Virus record (IMG/VR): IMGVR_UViG_3300044991_001466
DNA length: 64,000 nucleotides
Direction: 5' to 3' (one strand)
Source: a virus
Taxonomy: Duplodnaviria; Caudoviricetes
This document shows, piece after piece, positions 47,951 to 58,608 of this stretch. The notes under the pieces were generated by a model that saw only the letters and a program-made list of their open reading frames with translations, ran no database searches and was not told where the DNA came from. Every line of letters begins with the position of its first letter. The stretch's first letter is position 1. Made by a program: the position numbers and the translations under genes.

Positions 47951-48705
47951 GTTTATTTGAAGAATTAATTGAGGATAAGGTTGGGGATGAGAAAATCGTA
48001 AAGTCATTTAAGACTAAGGATTCATTATCTGACAATATTTTTGAGGAATCAAAGGGTAAATTCACTATGCGTGACGACATCAGAAAGGCGTTAATTAAAA
48101 TTTCTGAGGATTTCATATCAACCTTAGGTGTCGAATTTTTCATACACGACATCGTATTAACAGGATCATTATCAAATTATAACTGGTCAAATTATTCAGA
48201 CGTAGATTTACATATCATTATTGATTTTAAAGAATCGAAATATAATTCAGATATTTTAAAAGAATTCTTTGACGCCAAGAAAAATGTGTGGAACGAAAAA
48301 CACAACATCATTATTAAAGGATTTGACGTCGAATTATATGTTCAAGATGTTAATGAAGAACATATATCTTCCGGTGTATATTCAATTTTAAACAATAAGT
48401 GGATTGTTTCACCAAAAAAAGACAATCCTAAGATTGACGATAAAATGATTTTACAAAAAGCTGAGGATTACATGAAGAAAATCGACCTAATTATTGATAA
48501 GAGTAAAAAAGGTGTTGATACTATTGATGAAATTGAAAACATGAGAAAAAAGTTAAAATCATTCAGACAGAGTGGATTAGATGAAGGAGGAGAGTATTCT
48601 TATGAGAACTTAACTTTCAAATTATTAAGAAGAAATGGATACATTCATAAACTTTTAGACCTTAAAACTAAACTTACAGACAAGAAATTGTCGGTGACAC
48701 AATAA
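47947..48705 (+). CDS. Pol-beta-superfamily nucleotidyltransferase
   Basis: LTGSLSNYNWS..SDVDLH, VELYVQD. Confidence 0.75.
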   Translation: MSLFEELIEDKVGDEKIVKSFKTKDSLSDNIFEESKGKFTMRDDIRKALIKISEDFISTLGVEFFIHDIVLTGSLSNYNWSNYSDVDLHIIIDFKESKYNSDILKEFFDAKKNVWNEKHNIIIKGFDVELYVQDVNEEHISSGVYSILNNKWIVSPKKDNPKIDDKMILQKAEDYMKKIDLIIDKSKKGVDTIDEIENMRKKLKSFRQSGLDEGGEYSYENLTFKLLRRNGYIHKLLDLKTKLTDKKLSVTQ

Positions 48706-48775
48706 AGAACCTTATTTTTTCCCTATATGTATGTATTTATAGGATAAGAATAAGTATATCTAACAATCAAAAAAA

Positions 48776-49828
48776 ATGGCAGAGATAAAACCCCTAGGCA
48801 GTGAAAAACTTAACACAGAAGACAAATTAAAAAGAATTCTTGAGTTAACGTATTTCAACGAAAATAAAAAATCAAATTCATCTACTAAACCTGAACTGGT
48901 TAAAGAATCAAAAACAGGTGGAATATTTGGTATTGTCAAAGAAAAAGACGGTTACTACGTAAAAAGAGGTTTGAACGAATCATCATTGGATTACATTGGT
49001 GGTATGTTTATGAAAAACAAAAATAGATTTAATTCGTATGCTGACGCATATAAAAGATTAAATCTTTTAAACGGACAGGAAAATATACAGGAAGCAACAA
49101 AGTATGTTTTAAAACAAAACAAACCACAAGAAGAAGCTCCAATGGCTGAACCAGCAATGAACGCAGCACCTGCTCCAAGTATGGAACCTGCTCCAAGTAT
49201 GGAACCTGCTCCAAGTATGGAACCTGCACCTGACGCATCGGCAGCACCATCTAGTGAATTTCCTCCAGCTGATGGTGTGGATATGACTGGATTAGAAGGT
49301 GGTGAATCTTCTAAACGTTCAGACTATATGGCTGAAGCTCAAAAATTTGCAGGAAAGTTAGGTCAAGAATTGAGAGATTTACATGATAGAATGGAAAGTG
49401 ATGATATAAAGTATATTTTAAATATGATTATATCTGCGGTTGATTTAGACAAATTAGACGATGATGATATTGAAGACATCGCAAAGAAATTTGAACGTGA
49501 GGAGGAAGAAGGTGGGGAAATGGGTTCAGAAGAACCAGCAATGGAACCATCACCTGAAGCTGCTGCAGAACCAACATCAGATGAAGATTTGGGAGAGAAC
49601 ACAATGTCAGCATTAGATGAGTTTATTAATAACCCAGCACCGGGAGAACAAATGGAAATATCTTTAGATGATTTTGTTGATGGTGGTGACGATTTATCAA
49701 AAAGTGCCGATTTAGAGATGGGAAATGATAAAAAACAAACTGATGTTGAAAAGGAGATAGATTTGGATGAAATTAAAAATGAAATTCATAGAAGTATCGG
49801 TGAAACTTTAAGTAAATATTTCAACTAA
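48776..49828 (+). CDS. Acidic head-assembly-region protein
   Basis: Late motif at 48734; MEPAPS repeats. Confidence 0.65.
   Translation: MAEIKPLGSEKLNTEDKLKRILELTYFNENKKSNSSTKPELVKESKTGGIFGIVKEKDGYYVKRGLNESSLDYIGGMFMKNKNRFNSYADAYKRLNLLNGQENIQEATKYVLKQNKPQEEAPMAEPAMNAAPAPSMEPAPSMEPAPSMEPAPDASAAPSSEFPPADGVDMTGLEGGESSKRSDYMAEAQKFAGKLGQELRDLHDRMESDDIKYILNMIISAVDLDKLDDDDIEDIAKKFEREEEEGGEMGSEEPAMEPSPEAAAEPTSDEDLGENTMSALDEFINNPAPGEQMEISLDDFVDGGDDLSKSADLEMGNDKKQTDVEKEIDLDEIKNEIHRSIGETLSKYFN
49169..49227 (+). repeat. Coding VNTR, 18 bp x3 (PAPSME)
   Basis: cctgctccaagtatggaa x3 plus a partial unit. Confidence 0.95.
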
Positions 49829-49829
49829 A

Positions 49830-50231
49830 ATGCATCTAATATATGTCAATGAGATTGGTTCAGATTACAAAGGTCAAAAACAGTATGAATTTGTTTTTAG
49901 TGAAAGTACTGAGATTGATATGGGGGAGTGGTTTATCATTCCTGCTTCGGCTAACCAACAATCTAAATCTCCTGACATCGAATATGTTGATGTAGTTGGG
50001 TTATTAAAGAACACAGATTTACAATTAGAACTTATTCAAAACTCCGATTATTTCGGAGTTATTGATGCTGTAGATGGTGTTATATCGTTAGCTTGGGAAA
50101 AATTTGATTTTGATTCAGAAAATGAAAGATTATCATTTAAATTTGCGGAATCTTTAGAAAATGTTACAAAAAAATTAAAACAAAGAGGTTATATTCTATT
50201 AAACGAAAACATTAAAATAAATAATATATGA
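49830..50231 (+). CDS. Hypothetical protein
   Basis: ORF 133 aa in the late operon. Confidence 0.65.
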   Translation: MHLIYVNEIGSDYKGQKQYEFVFSESTEIDMGEWFIIPASANQQSKSPDIEYVDVVGLLKNTDLQLELIQNSDYFGVIDAVDGVISLAWEKFDFDSENERLSFKFAESLENVTKKLKQRGYILLNENIKINNI

Positions 50232-51181
50232 AAAGAGACGTAATTGTTGGACAACTAGTTAAAGAAGGGTTTTCTCAAAAAACATTGGTTAATTTCAATG
50301 ATAAACAACTTTCTGATTTACATGAAAGAATTGTCGTTGATGCCGATAAATTAAAAACAGACCCAAAATTACAGGCGTTAGCTAAAGACCCAAATACTGA
50401 GGTTGAGGTTAAAGAAGAATTGAAAGGTGGACAAAAGAAATTAGATAAGAACCACAACGGAAAAATTGATGGTCAAAAGAAAGACGTTAATGAAGTGGAT
50501 ATGGGATTAACTGTAAAAGGTTCAAAATCAAGTGGTTCAAATTTGTTTGGCAGTAAATCTACAACACCTAAAAAGAAAACTACACCTAAGAAAAAAGAAG
50601 AAGGTGAAACTGAAGAGGGAGAAGTGGACGAATCAATACATGGTATTGTGATAGGAGCAACAAAAGAAAAATTAAAAAAAGATTTAGGTAGAGATCCTGA
50701 AGACCATGAGGTTGAAAGTGAACTTACTAAATTTTATAATATTTGGAAAAAAGATAAAGAAGATAAAGAAGGTAATGAACCAAAAGAAAAAAAGAAAAAA
50801 GGATTCGTAGTAGGGAAACAACCTTCACCAAATTTTAACGGTCACAAAAAGAAAGAGGAAGATGTTAAAGAATGGGTTGAGGCGTTAGCTGAAAATAATT
50901 TTCATAGTTTTACATCAAAAAATGAAATTATGGAACTTATTAAAAGTAAACTTACCGAATCTGAGGTTATGGAACCACAACACGGTGCTAATGTAAAAAA
51001 AGGACACAATGGTATTCCTGAATTTATGACTTATGATGCTATTACATCTTCAGCACCAGCAGTTGCTCCGAGTAAACCAAAAGTTGTTCCCGGAACTAAA
51101 CCGGCTAGACCAAAAAGAGACCCATTTAATCCAGGTCCAAAACCAAGTCCAAGACCTAAGGCGTTACAGGAAAAAAAATAA
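50228..51181 (+). CDS. Low-complexity head-region protein
   Basis: ORF 317 aa; LDKNHNGKID motif; many x-x-E motifs. Confidence 0.65.
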   Translation: MKRDVIVGQLVKEGFSQKTLVNFNDKQLSDLHERIVVDADKLKTDPKLQALAKDPNTEVEVKEELKGGQKKLDKNHNGKIDGQKKDVNEVDMGLTVKGSKSSGSNLFGSKSTTPKKKTTPKKKEEGETEEGEVDESIHGIVIGATKEKLKKDLGRDPEDHEVESELTKFYNIWKKDKEDKEGNEPKEKKKKGFVVGKQPSPNFNGHKKKEEDVKEWVEALAENNFHSFTSKNEIMELIKSKLTESEVMEPQHGANVKKGHNGIPEFMTYDAITSSAPAVAPSKPKVVPGTKPARPKRDPFNPGPKPSPRPKALQEKK

Positions 51182-51192
51182 TTTATAAAATT

Positions 51193-52734
51193 ATGAAATT
51201 ATCTAAGAAAAAATTGTTATCTTTAATCAAAGAAAATTTGAACGAAATGGCAATGACATTTGATGGTGAAGATAGACCAGATCAATCTATACAACAAAAA
51301 TTAGCAACAGGTGATACCCCACTTAAAAAGGTACCTTTTCCAAAAACGGGAAATCCAAATCAAAATTTTCAAGAATTATTAGCGTCGGAGAGATATAGAG
51401 ATGTGGTTGCTAAAGTAAGAGAATTTTCAAATTTTAGTGGTAACATACAAGATGCATCTTTATCCGGTATTATGTTGGATGCATTGAGGAAGACGACAAC
51501 GATTGAATCTCAATATAAAAGAGAATTAGAACAACTTGCAATTCAAATTGTTTTGAAAGAGTATTCAGTACCTGAAGGTAAACTTAACATAACCGCCACC
51601 ATCACAGGGGGAATTAGTTCTACTGAAGGGATGCAACAACAAAGAGGTCCAGAAGTAAATGAACCTGAAGTTGATGTTGATTCAGATGACAATGAAGATG
51701 GTGATGAATCACAACCACAACAACCAGAAGATAATGACTTTATACATGATGAGACATTATTAGCTAAAGCATTACAAGATTTAAATTTAGAAAAAGCTAA
51801 AAGACGATTAACAAACGCGTTAATACAAGGTGCATCAAAAGAGGGTCATTGGTTACACACTGGATCAATAAAAACAGGTGAAGGTGAATTGGATTTTACT
51901 CGTGTTTCTACTTTAATTAAACAAATAGTGGGTAACGCTAATGGAGAAGAACTTATTAGATGTTACGGATTGATGATGTCAATAAATGATAGTTTTTATT
52001 GGCAAATGAGTAATGATGCAATTAAAAATCTTAGTAGTAGTGTTGCTGGTAGAGTTCAAGTTATATTTCAAAGTCCAGAATCGGAAGGTGGTGATGAAGA
52101 ACAACCTGGCATGGATGGTGAAGATGAGGGAGGTGAAGATGAGGGAGGTGAAGAAGATAATAAAGTAAAAATTATTGCTGAAGGTATAAATTTTGTAGTA
52201 TTAGTACATGAACTTACTAAAGGTATATTTGAAGTAATCGCAGGTGCTGGTATACCTGATGATCAAGAAACTTGGAATAAAATTGACGAAACTGAAGATA
52301 TTTTACAAAAAGAAGTTTGGGATTTAAGATTAGGTCCAGCAATTTGGAATAGATTGAGGTCTCAAATACCTGACAAATATAGTGAAGAGGATTCAAAAAG
52401 TATTAAGAATTTCTTATTAGAGGAAATATTTAAATTACCAGCTAAACAATTTTTAGTATTTTTAAGAGAGGTAATTTCAGGTTCACAAAGGGGAGCTCAA
52501 TTAATTCAAAAAGTAATTGATAGTATTGTAAAAGATTTAAATGACGAAGAATATGAAGATGCGATGAATCAATTTGACGTTGAATTAGAGAATTTATCTG
52601 ATGAAACTCCTGATAATAATTTGAAAGATTGGATAATGACTATTCCGGGTATTTCGTTATCCAATGACGACGACGACGATGAAGATGATGATGACATTTA
52701 TAAAGAATTAGGATTAGACAGACCTAAAAGATAA
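51193..52734 (+). CDS. Acidic head-region protein
   Basis: ORF 513 aa; LIKENLNEM N-terminus. Confidence 0.7.
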   Translation: MKLSKKKLLSLIKENLNEMAMTFDGEDRPDQSIQQKLATGDTPLKKVPFPKTGNPNQNFQELLASERYRDVVAKVREFSNFSGNIQDASLSGIMLDALRKTTTIESQYKRELEQLAIQIVLKEYSVPEGKLNITATITGGISSTEGMQQQRGPEVNEPEVDVDSDDNEDGDESQPQQPEDNDFIHDETLLAKALQDLNLEKAKRRLTNALIQGASKEGHWLHTGSIKTGEGELDFTRVSTLIKQIVGNANGEELIRCYGLMMSINDSFYWQMSNDAIKNLSSSVAGRVQVIFQSPESEGGDEEQPGMDGEDEGGEDEGGEEDNKVKIIAEGINFVVLVHELTKGIFEVIAGAGIPDDQETWNKIDETEDILQKEVWDLRLGPAIWNRLRSQIPDKYSEEDSKSIKNFLLEEIFKLPAKQFLVFLREVISGSQRGAQLIQKVIDSIVKDLNDEEYEDAMNQFDVELENLSDETPDNNLKDWIMTIPGISLSNDDDDDEDDDDIYKELGLDRPKR

Positions 52735-52739
52735 TACAA

Positions 52740-52763
52740 GGGAGGTTTAACCTCCCTTTTTTT
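52740..52763 (+). terminator. Intrinsic terminator
   Basis: gggagg-ttta-acctccc plus T7. Confidence 0.75.
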
Positions 52764-52764
52764 G

Positions 52765-52772
52765 TATTTATA
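52765..52772 (+). promoter_or_regulatory. Representative late-promoter-like motif TATTTATA
   Basis: Same octamer upstream of late genes at 1329, 11698, 11996, 16908, 30820, 38521, 39319, 48734, 52765, 54594, 57901, 58663. Confidence 0.75.
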
Positions 52773-52775
52773 TAT

Positions 52776-54551
52776 ATGAATTCCAAATTAGAACAATTAA
52801 AAGAATATGCAAAGATTATTAAAGATGCCCCATATGCGTTAAAAACATATCTGCAGACTTATGATAATACTCAAAAAAAATATGTTCCATTAGAGTTATT
52901 TCCTGACCAAATTCAATTAATTCAGGATTATGAAAATTATAATGAAAACATCACTAGAAAATATAGACAGGCAGGTGTAACAACAGTAACCGCAGCTTGG
53001 ATTTCAAAAAAATTACAAACAGCAAAAGAAAGTGAACCTGAAAGAGTTCTTCTTATTGCAAACAAAAGAGACACCGCAGTGGAGATGGCTAATAAGGTTA
53101 GACACTTTATTGAACAATGGCCTGAATGGATTAATGTTGGGTTTTCACCCGATAAAAACTCAGAAAGTAGATTTAGATTAAACAATGGTTGTGAGGTTAA
53201 GGCGGTAGCAACATCTGCGGATGCGTTACGTGGTTATACACCAACGATACTTGTATTTGATGAGGCAGCATACATTGAAGCGGGTGATGATTTTTGGGCG
53301 GCATCTATGGCGTCCCTATCAACGGGTGGTAAGATTATTCTTATCTCCACACCAAATGGTTATGACCCCATCTATTACGGTGTTTACGACCAAGCGTTAC
53401 GTGGAATCAATGATTTCCATATAACCGATTTAAGGTGGTTTAAAGACCCACGTTACACTAAAGACTTATCTTGGGTAAAATGTTCTGACATATGTCATTA
53501 CATGTTAAATAGAGAACAATATGACGACAATGAAGTTGTTTTACATGACTTTGATATTGAAAAATACCAAGAACTGGTGGAACAAGGATATAAACCATTT
53601 TCATCTTGGTTTGAATCTATGTCTAAGAAATTTAAATATGATAGACGTAAGATTGCACAGGAATTGGAATGTGACTTCTTAGGTTCAGGAGATGGAGTTA
53701 TTCCTGGTGATATTCAAGAGAATATCGCTAAGAATATGATACGAGTTCCTAAAGAAAAGTATATGCAAGGAACGTTTTGGCAGTGGAAAGAGCCGGTTGA
53801 AGGTCATAGGTATATTATGGGTGTCGATGTTAGTAGAGGAGATAGTGAGGATTTTTCTTCAATTAATATTGTTGATTTTGACGATAGAGAACAAGTTGTT
53901 GAATACATAGGAAAAATACCACCAGATGATTTGGCTAATATTGCATACAAATGGGGTATATTATACGATTGTTTTATTGTGATTGATATTACTGGTGGTA
54001 TGGGTGTTGCAACATCAAGAAAGTTACAAGAAATGAATTACAAAAACCTTTTCATTGATGGGATTAACACTCAGAATATTTGGGAATATAATAGAAAGGC
54101 TTTAGATAAAATTCCTGGTATAAATTTTAACAATAAAAGAACTCAAATTGTTGCAGCATTTGAAGAACAACTTAGAAAAGGATTTTTAGTTAGGTCAAGT
54201 CGACTATTAAATGAATTAAACACTTTTGTTTATATGAATGGAAGACCTGACCACATGAAGGGGGCTCATGACGACTCAATTATGAGTATGTCGATGGCTC
54301 TTTATGCTGGTGATATGTGTTTCAATCAATTACAAAGGAACGATTCTAAAAATAAGGCGGTAATTGAATCATGGGCATTATCCGAAAGAACTTATGAACC
54401 CTCTAAAACACATTACTCATATGGTTCATCTTTTGACCAAATAGGTGCAATGGGTATGGATACTAACAATATTTACCATAAAGATAATCCAACAAACATA
54501 CCTAAAGACGTTTATAGAGAACATATGTGGTTATTTGGGAAATCTAAATAA
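52776..54551 (+). CDS. terL: Terminase large subunit (T4 gp17-like)
   Basis: KYRQAGVT (Walker A), LVFDEAA, ISTPNG, GVDVSRG, HDDSIM. Confidence 0.95.
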   Translation: MNSKLEQLKEYAKIIKDAPYALKTYLQTYDNTQKKYVPLELFPDQIQLIQDYENYNENITRKYRQAGVTTVTAAWISKKLQTAKESEPERVLLIANKRDTAVEMANKVRHFIEQWPEWINVGFSPDKNSESRFRLNNGCEVKAVATSADALRGYTPTILVFDEAAYIEAGDDFWAASMASLSTGGKIILISTPNGYDPIYYGVYDQALRGINDFHITDLRWFKDPRYTKDLSWVKCSDICHYMLNREQYDDNEVVLHDFDIEKYQELVEQGYKPFSSWFESMSKKFKYDRRKIAQELECDFLGSGDGVIPGDIQENIAKNMIRVPKEKYMQGTFWQWKEPVEGHRYIMGVDVSRGDSEDFSSINIVDFDDREQVVEYIGKIPPDDLANIAYKWGILYDCFIVIDITGGMGVATSRKLQEMNYKNLFIDGINTQNIWEYNRKALDKIPGINFNNKRTQIVAAFEEQLRKGFLVRSSRLLNELNTFVYMNGRPDHMKGAHDDSIMSMSMALYAGDMCFNQLQRNDSKNKAVIESWALSERTYEPSKTHYSYGSSFDQIGAMGMDTNNIYHKDNPTNIPKDVYREHMWLFGKSK

Positions 54552-54605
54552 TCTTCCTATTATCAAAATTATAGTTTATATTATAAAGAAAAGTATTTAT
54601 ATAGA

Positions 54606-56423
54606 ATGGCAAATCAAAACTCCACCGTATTTCAGAAGTTAACTAGAATGTTTGGTTTCCCTGGTCAACAGGCTCAACAAACACCATCTTTTAATTTTAA
54701 CAAAGACGAATTATTAAAAACAGATAGTAGAGAAGACTACGAGAAAGCAATGTTACAGGCTCAACAGAGTCAATATATTGCAGACAAATGGTCAAAATTG
54801 GACCAATCATTATACAACCAATCGGTTTACTATGAACCAACAAGAATGGCTGCGTATTATGATTATGAATCAATGGAATTTACTCCTGAGGTATCCGCAG
54901 CATTAGACATATACGCTGAGGAATCTACCACTATGTCAGAAAAGGGTGAAATATTAACAATATACTCGGAATCAGATAGAATTAAAACAATACTTGAGGA
55001 TTTATTTCAAAACAAATTGGACATTAACACAAACCTACAAATGTGGGCTAGAGGTATGGCGAAATATGGTGATGATTTTGTTTATTTAAAAATTGATCCA
55101 GAAAAAGGTATTATTGGTGTACAACAATTACCAAATATTGAAATTGAAAGAATTGAAGGTGCGTCAACTAAGAAAGCAATTAATACAGATAGTAAAGTAC
55201 CATCAAGAGAATTAAGATTTCAATGGAAAAATAAAGATTTAGAATTTCAAGCTTGGGAAGTTGCACATTTTAGATTGTTAGGTGACGATAGAAAGTTACC
55301 ATATGGTACTTCAATGTTAGATAAGATTAGAAGAATTTGGAAACAACTTTTACTTGCTGAAGATGCAATGTTAATTTACAGAACATCTAGAGCACCTGAA
55401 AGACGTGTATTTAAAATATTTGTGGGTAACATGGACGATAAAGATATCGAACCATATGTACAAAAAGTTGCAAATAAATTTAAACGTCAACCAGTGTCTG
55501 ACCCTCGTAATGGTCAAGTTGATATGAGATATAATCAAATGGCTGTAGACCAAGATTATTTTGTACCTGTTCGTGATCCAGGTCAAACTATGCCGATTGA
55601 AACATTACCAGGGGCACAAAATTTAGGTGAAATTGCCGACATTGAATATATTCAAAAGAAAATGTTGGCAGCACTTCGTATTCCTAAAGCATTTTTAGGT
55701 TTTGAAGAAGTTGTTGGTGACGGAAAAAATCTTGCATTAATGGATATACGTTTTGCAAGAACAATTAATAAAATACAAAAATCATTAATACAAGAATTAA
55801 ATAAAGTTGCTTTAATCCATCTATATCTTTTAGGTATGGAGGATGAATTAAATAATTTTACACTTTCATTAACTAATCCATCATCTCAATCCGATTTATT
55901 AAAAATTGAAATGTGGAAAGAGAAGATAACACTTTATAAAGATGCAACATCAGACCAATCACAAATTGGTATATTACCTGTATCTCACACATGGGCTAAG
56001 AAAAATATTCTTGGATTTAGTGATAATGAAGTTGTTTTAGATTTACAACAACAACGTCTTGAAAGAGCAATGGGATTTGAATTAAACAATACACAGAATG
56101 TAATTAAACGTTCAGGTGTGTTTGATGATGTGGATGCAAAGTATGGTATTTCGGAAGAAGATAGAGAAAAGGCGATGGATGCTGCAGGTGGTGAAGCACC
56201 GGGTGGTGGTGATATGTTAGGTGGAGGAATGCCATCAACGCCAGAACCACCAGCGGCTGGAGGAGACGCACCACTAAGTGAATCTACTAAATCAAAGAAA
56301 TCAAAAATATTAGGTATGCTAGGTGAAGAAAAAGAAGATTTCAACTCTTTATTTGATATGAAAAGAGCACAACAGAATATTTATGAAATAGAAACTAAAT
56401 TGAACGATATTTTAAACGATTAA
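54606..56423 (+). CDS. gp20: Portal protein (T4 gp20-like)
   Basis: PEVSAALDIYAEE, YGTSMLD, EDAMLIYR..RAPERRVF, IETLPG..N. Confidence 0.95.
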   Translation: MANQNSTVFQKLTRMFGFPGQQAQQTPSFNFNKDELLKTDSREDYEKAMLQAQQSQYIADKWSKLDQSLYNQSVYYEPTRMAAYYDYESMEFTPEVSAALDIYAEESTTMSEKGEILTIYSESDRIKTILEDLFQNKLDINTNLQMWARGMAKYGDDFVYLKIDPEKGIIGVQQLPNIEIERIEGASTKKAINTDSKVPSRELRFQWKNKDLEFQAWEVAHFRLLGDDRKLPYGTSMLDKIRRIWKQLLLAEDAMLIYRTSRAPERRVFKIFVGNMDDKDIEPYVQKVANKFKRQPVSDPRNGQVDMRYNQMAVDQDYFVPVRDPGQTMPIETLPGAQNLGEIADIEYIQKKMLAALRIPKAFLGFEEVVGDGKNLALMDIRFARTINKIQKSLIQELNKVALIHLYLLGMEDELNNFTLSLTNPSSQSDLLKIEMWKEKITLYKDATSDQSQIGILPVSHTWAKKNILGFSDNEVVLDLQQQRLERAMGFELNNTQNVIKRSGVFDDVDAKYGISEEDREKAMDAAGGEAPGGGDMLGGGMPSTPEPPAAGGDAPLSESTKSKKSKILGMLGEEKEDFNSLFDMKRAQQNIYEIETKLNDILND

Positions 56424-56425
56424 AA

Positions 56426-57172
56426 ATGAACAAATTCGGAACGATAAAATCAAAAATGTTAACTAAAATAACTGAATCTTATTCTAAACAAAATAAGAAT
56501 GAAGTTAAAGATATGTTAAACACAATTAAAGAAAACAAAGCATTTAAAGAAATGTATTTGTTTTATGAAGAAATTGAGAATAAATATTTCGAGGATAAAG
56601 AGATTGCAAAATTATATGTTGAGGGATTAAATACATATTTTGGTCAACCAATGGGTAATTGGAATGATTTAAATGTATTTTGTGAATCTCTACATGATAA
56701 ATTGGGTAATATTGAAATTGAAACAAATGAATTATATGAGTCTTTAGATATATTATCCGAAAAAGATTCATTATCAAATATTGAAAAAAAGGTTATTGCA
56801 AAAAAGAAATTAGTAGAACATTTAACAACTAAAAAAGAAATTAACGAGTCTCAAGAGACTAAATTTGTCGCAAACGAAAATTTATTACACGCTGTTTTAG
56901 CAAACAATTTTAATGTACTTTATACTAACACACTTTCTGAAGAACAAAAAGTTGAATTAAAAACAATACTTGATTTATCAAGTGAAGATTTAGAAAACAA
57001 AACGTCTGAATTAAAAGAATCAATTTTAAATCAAATTGGTAATATTATAAATGAATCTAAAGATTCTGAAATGGTAACCAAATTATCTAAAGTAAAAGAT
57101 GAGGTACTAAAAAAGGAAACCTCCAAAATTAATTATTACAGATTAACTGAATTAAAAAATGGTCTTAACTAA
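56426..57172 (+). CDS. Head-region hypothetical protein
   Basis: ORF 248 aa between portal and bS21. Confidence 0.65.
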   Translation: MNKFGTIKSKMLTKITESYSKQNKNEVKDMLNTIKENKAFKEMYLFYEEIENKYFEDKEIAKLYVEGLNTYFGQPMGNWNDLNVFCESLHDKLGNIEIETNELYESLDILSEKDSLSNIEKKVIAKKKLVEHLTTKKEINESQETKFVANENLLHAVLANNFNVLYTNTLSEEQKVELKTILDLSSEDLENKTSELKESILNQIGNIINESKDSEMVTKLSKVKDEVLKKETSKINYYRLTELKNGLN

Positions 57173-57356
57173 GACCATTTTTCTTTTGTTGGACATATAT
57201 CGCCTTCAAAACCTCTTTTCTTTTATTCACTGAAGGTTTAACAAACTCCTGTCTTGCTCTTAATTTTTGAACTTGTTTAATTTTTTGAACTTTTTGTTTG
57301 TAAGTTCTTAAAGCACTTTCGAGGCTTTTTTCTTTTGTTACGTCAATTATTATCAT
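57165..57356 (-). CDS. rpsU: Ribosomal protein bS21
   Basis: SLESALRTYKQK...LRARQEFVKPSVNKR; TATATTTG promoter at 57375-57382. Confidence 0.9.
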   Translation of the reverse strand: MIIIDVTKEKSLESALRTYKQKVQKIKQVQKLRARQEFVKPSVNKRKEVLKAIYVQQKKNGLS

Positions 57357-57460
57357 ATTAATATAAGTATATCACAAATATATGAAAATATTTTTGGAAT
57401 TGTAAGATATTTTCTTTATAATTTATTAACACCATAAATAATATATAATGAAAAACCTTA

Positions 57461-57886
57461 ATGAAAATTGGAAAATACATCCCACTAGGGGCGTACAACG
57501 ACGTGAAAATCGGTTATGGTACCGTAGATTTTAAAAATCTTAAAACCATTTATTTAAAATTAAATTCGTGGACACAACCAGAAAATGAAACTGACGACTT
57601 TAATAATACAATTAATAAAACAAGAAGAAAAATAAAAGAAATAGTATACAATCTCAAGTGTCCAAATTTTAAACAACAATCAATAGTTGATTTAGACATT
57701 AGAACTAAAGGTATAAAACTTGAAAAGAGGTCTTTTATGAATTTAGAAATCACATTATACGTTGACACTCAATTCGATGTTAAATCTAAAGAGATTAAAA
57801 AGACCATTAAAGAATTGTTAGAAAATATCATAGATAATGGTTTATCTGATAAAAAATTATTCAATTTCAACGTAAATAAGAAATAA
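57461..57886 (+). CDS. Hypothetical protein
   Basis: ORF 141 aa. Confidence 0.65.
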   Translation: MKIGKYIPLGAYNDVKIGYGTVDFKNLKTIYLKLNSWTQPENETDDFNNTINKTRRKIKEIVYNLKCPNFKQQSIVDLDIRTKGIKLEKRSFMNLEITLYVDTQFDVKSKEIKKTIKELLENIIDNGLSDKKLFNFNVNKK

Positions 57887-57924
57887 GTAAGATATTGATG
57901 TATTTATAGTTATAAAAACTATAA

Positions 57925-58608
57925 ATGAAGGTATTAGGACCAAAAGAAACCGGTAGAGGAATTTTAATTGAGTATGACGCCGGTCACGTATCTCCTGAAG
58001 ATAATAAAAAAATAATTTCAGAAATGAAGAACATGGACTTTTCACAAGACCTTGTTCTTTATGCTGTTTTGCAAAAATACGATACCCCAAACAAAAACGG
58101 GAGAATCTATCCCGAAGCAATTCTCAAAAGAGAAAACGAAAAATATCAAACTCTTATTAAAAAAGGTGGAGCTCTAAATGAGTTAAATCACCCTTCATCC
58201 TCACTTATCGATTTAGATAGAGTATCACACTCTATTGTTGAAACTTGGTGGGATGGTAGAATGTTAATGGGAAAAATTAAATTATTCACATCACCAGGAT
58301 GGAAGAAAATGGGTATTGTCTCCACTAAAGGAGACCAAGCGGCCATGTTAATAATGAATGGTGCAGTTTTAGGTATTTCATCTAGAGGGGTGGGGTCACT
58401 TAAAAATGTTAAAGGGGATAATATAGTCCAAGAAGATTTTGAATTGGTGTGTTTTGATTTGGTGTCATCACCGTCAACACCTGGAGCTTACATATTTTCA
58501 GATCCATCTGAAAGAGATCAATATCAAGAATCAATAGAAGAAAAACCAATAGTTGACGATAAAATGAAAAGATTGATGGGTAAATTAGATACTTTTTTAT
58601 CTAAATAA
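57925..58608 (+). CDS. gp21: Prohead core protease (T4 gp21-like)
   Basis: NKNGRIYP, ELNHP, GISSRGVGS, FDLVSSPS..GAY. Confidence 0.95.
   Translation: MKVLGPKETGRGILIEYDAGHVSPEDNKKIISEMKNMDFSQDLVLYAVLQKYDTPNKNGRIYPEAILKRENEKYQTLIKKGGALNELNHPSSSLIDLDRVSHSIVETWWDGRMLMGKIKLFTSPGWKKMGIVSTKGDQAAMLIMNGAVLGISSRGVGSLKNVKGDNIVQEDFELVCFDLVSSPSTPGAYIFSDPSERDQYQESIEEKPIVDDKMKRLMGKLDTFLSK

Noticed and set aside
47947-48705. Nucleotidyltransferase as a CCA-adding enzyme (most tRNAs here lack CCA)
   Set aside because: Too short, and lacks class II CCA-enzyme motifs such as RRD and EDxxR.
50440-50490. Possible internal deletion in the LDKNHNGKID-GQKK motif
   Set aside because: Frame is intact, and judging a deletion needs homologue alignment that I cannot run.
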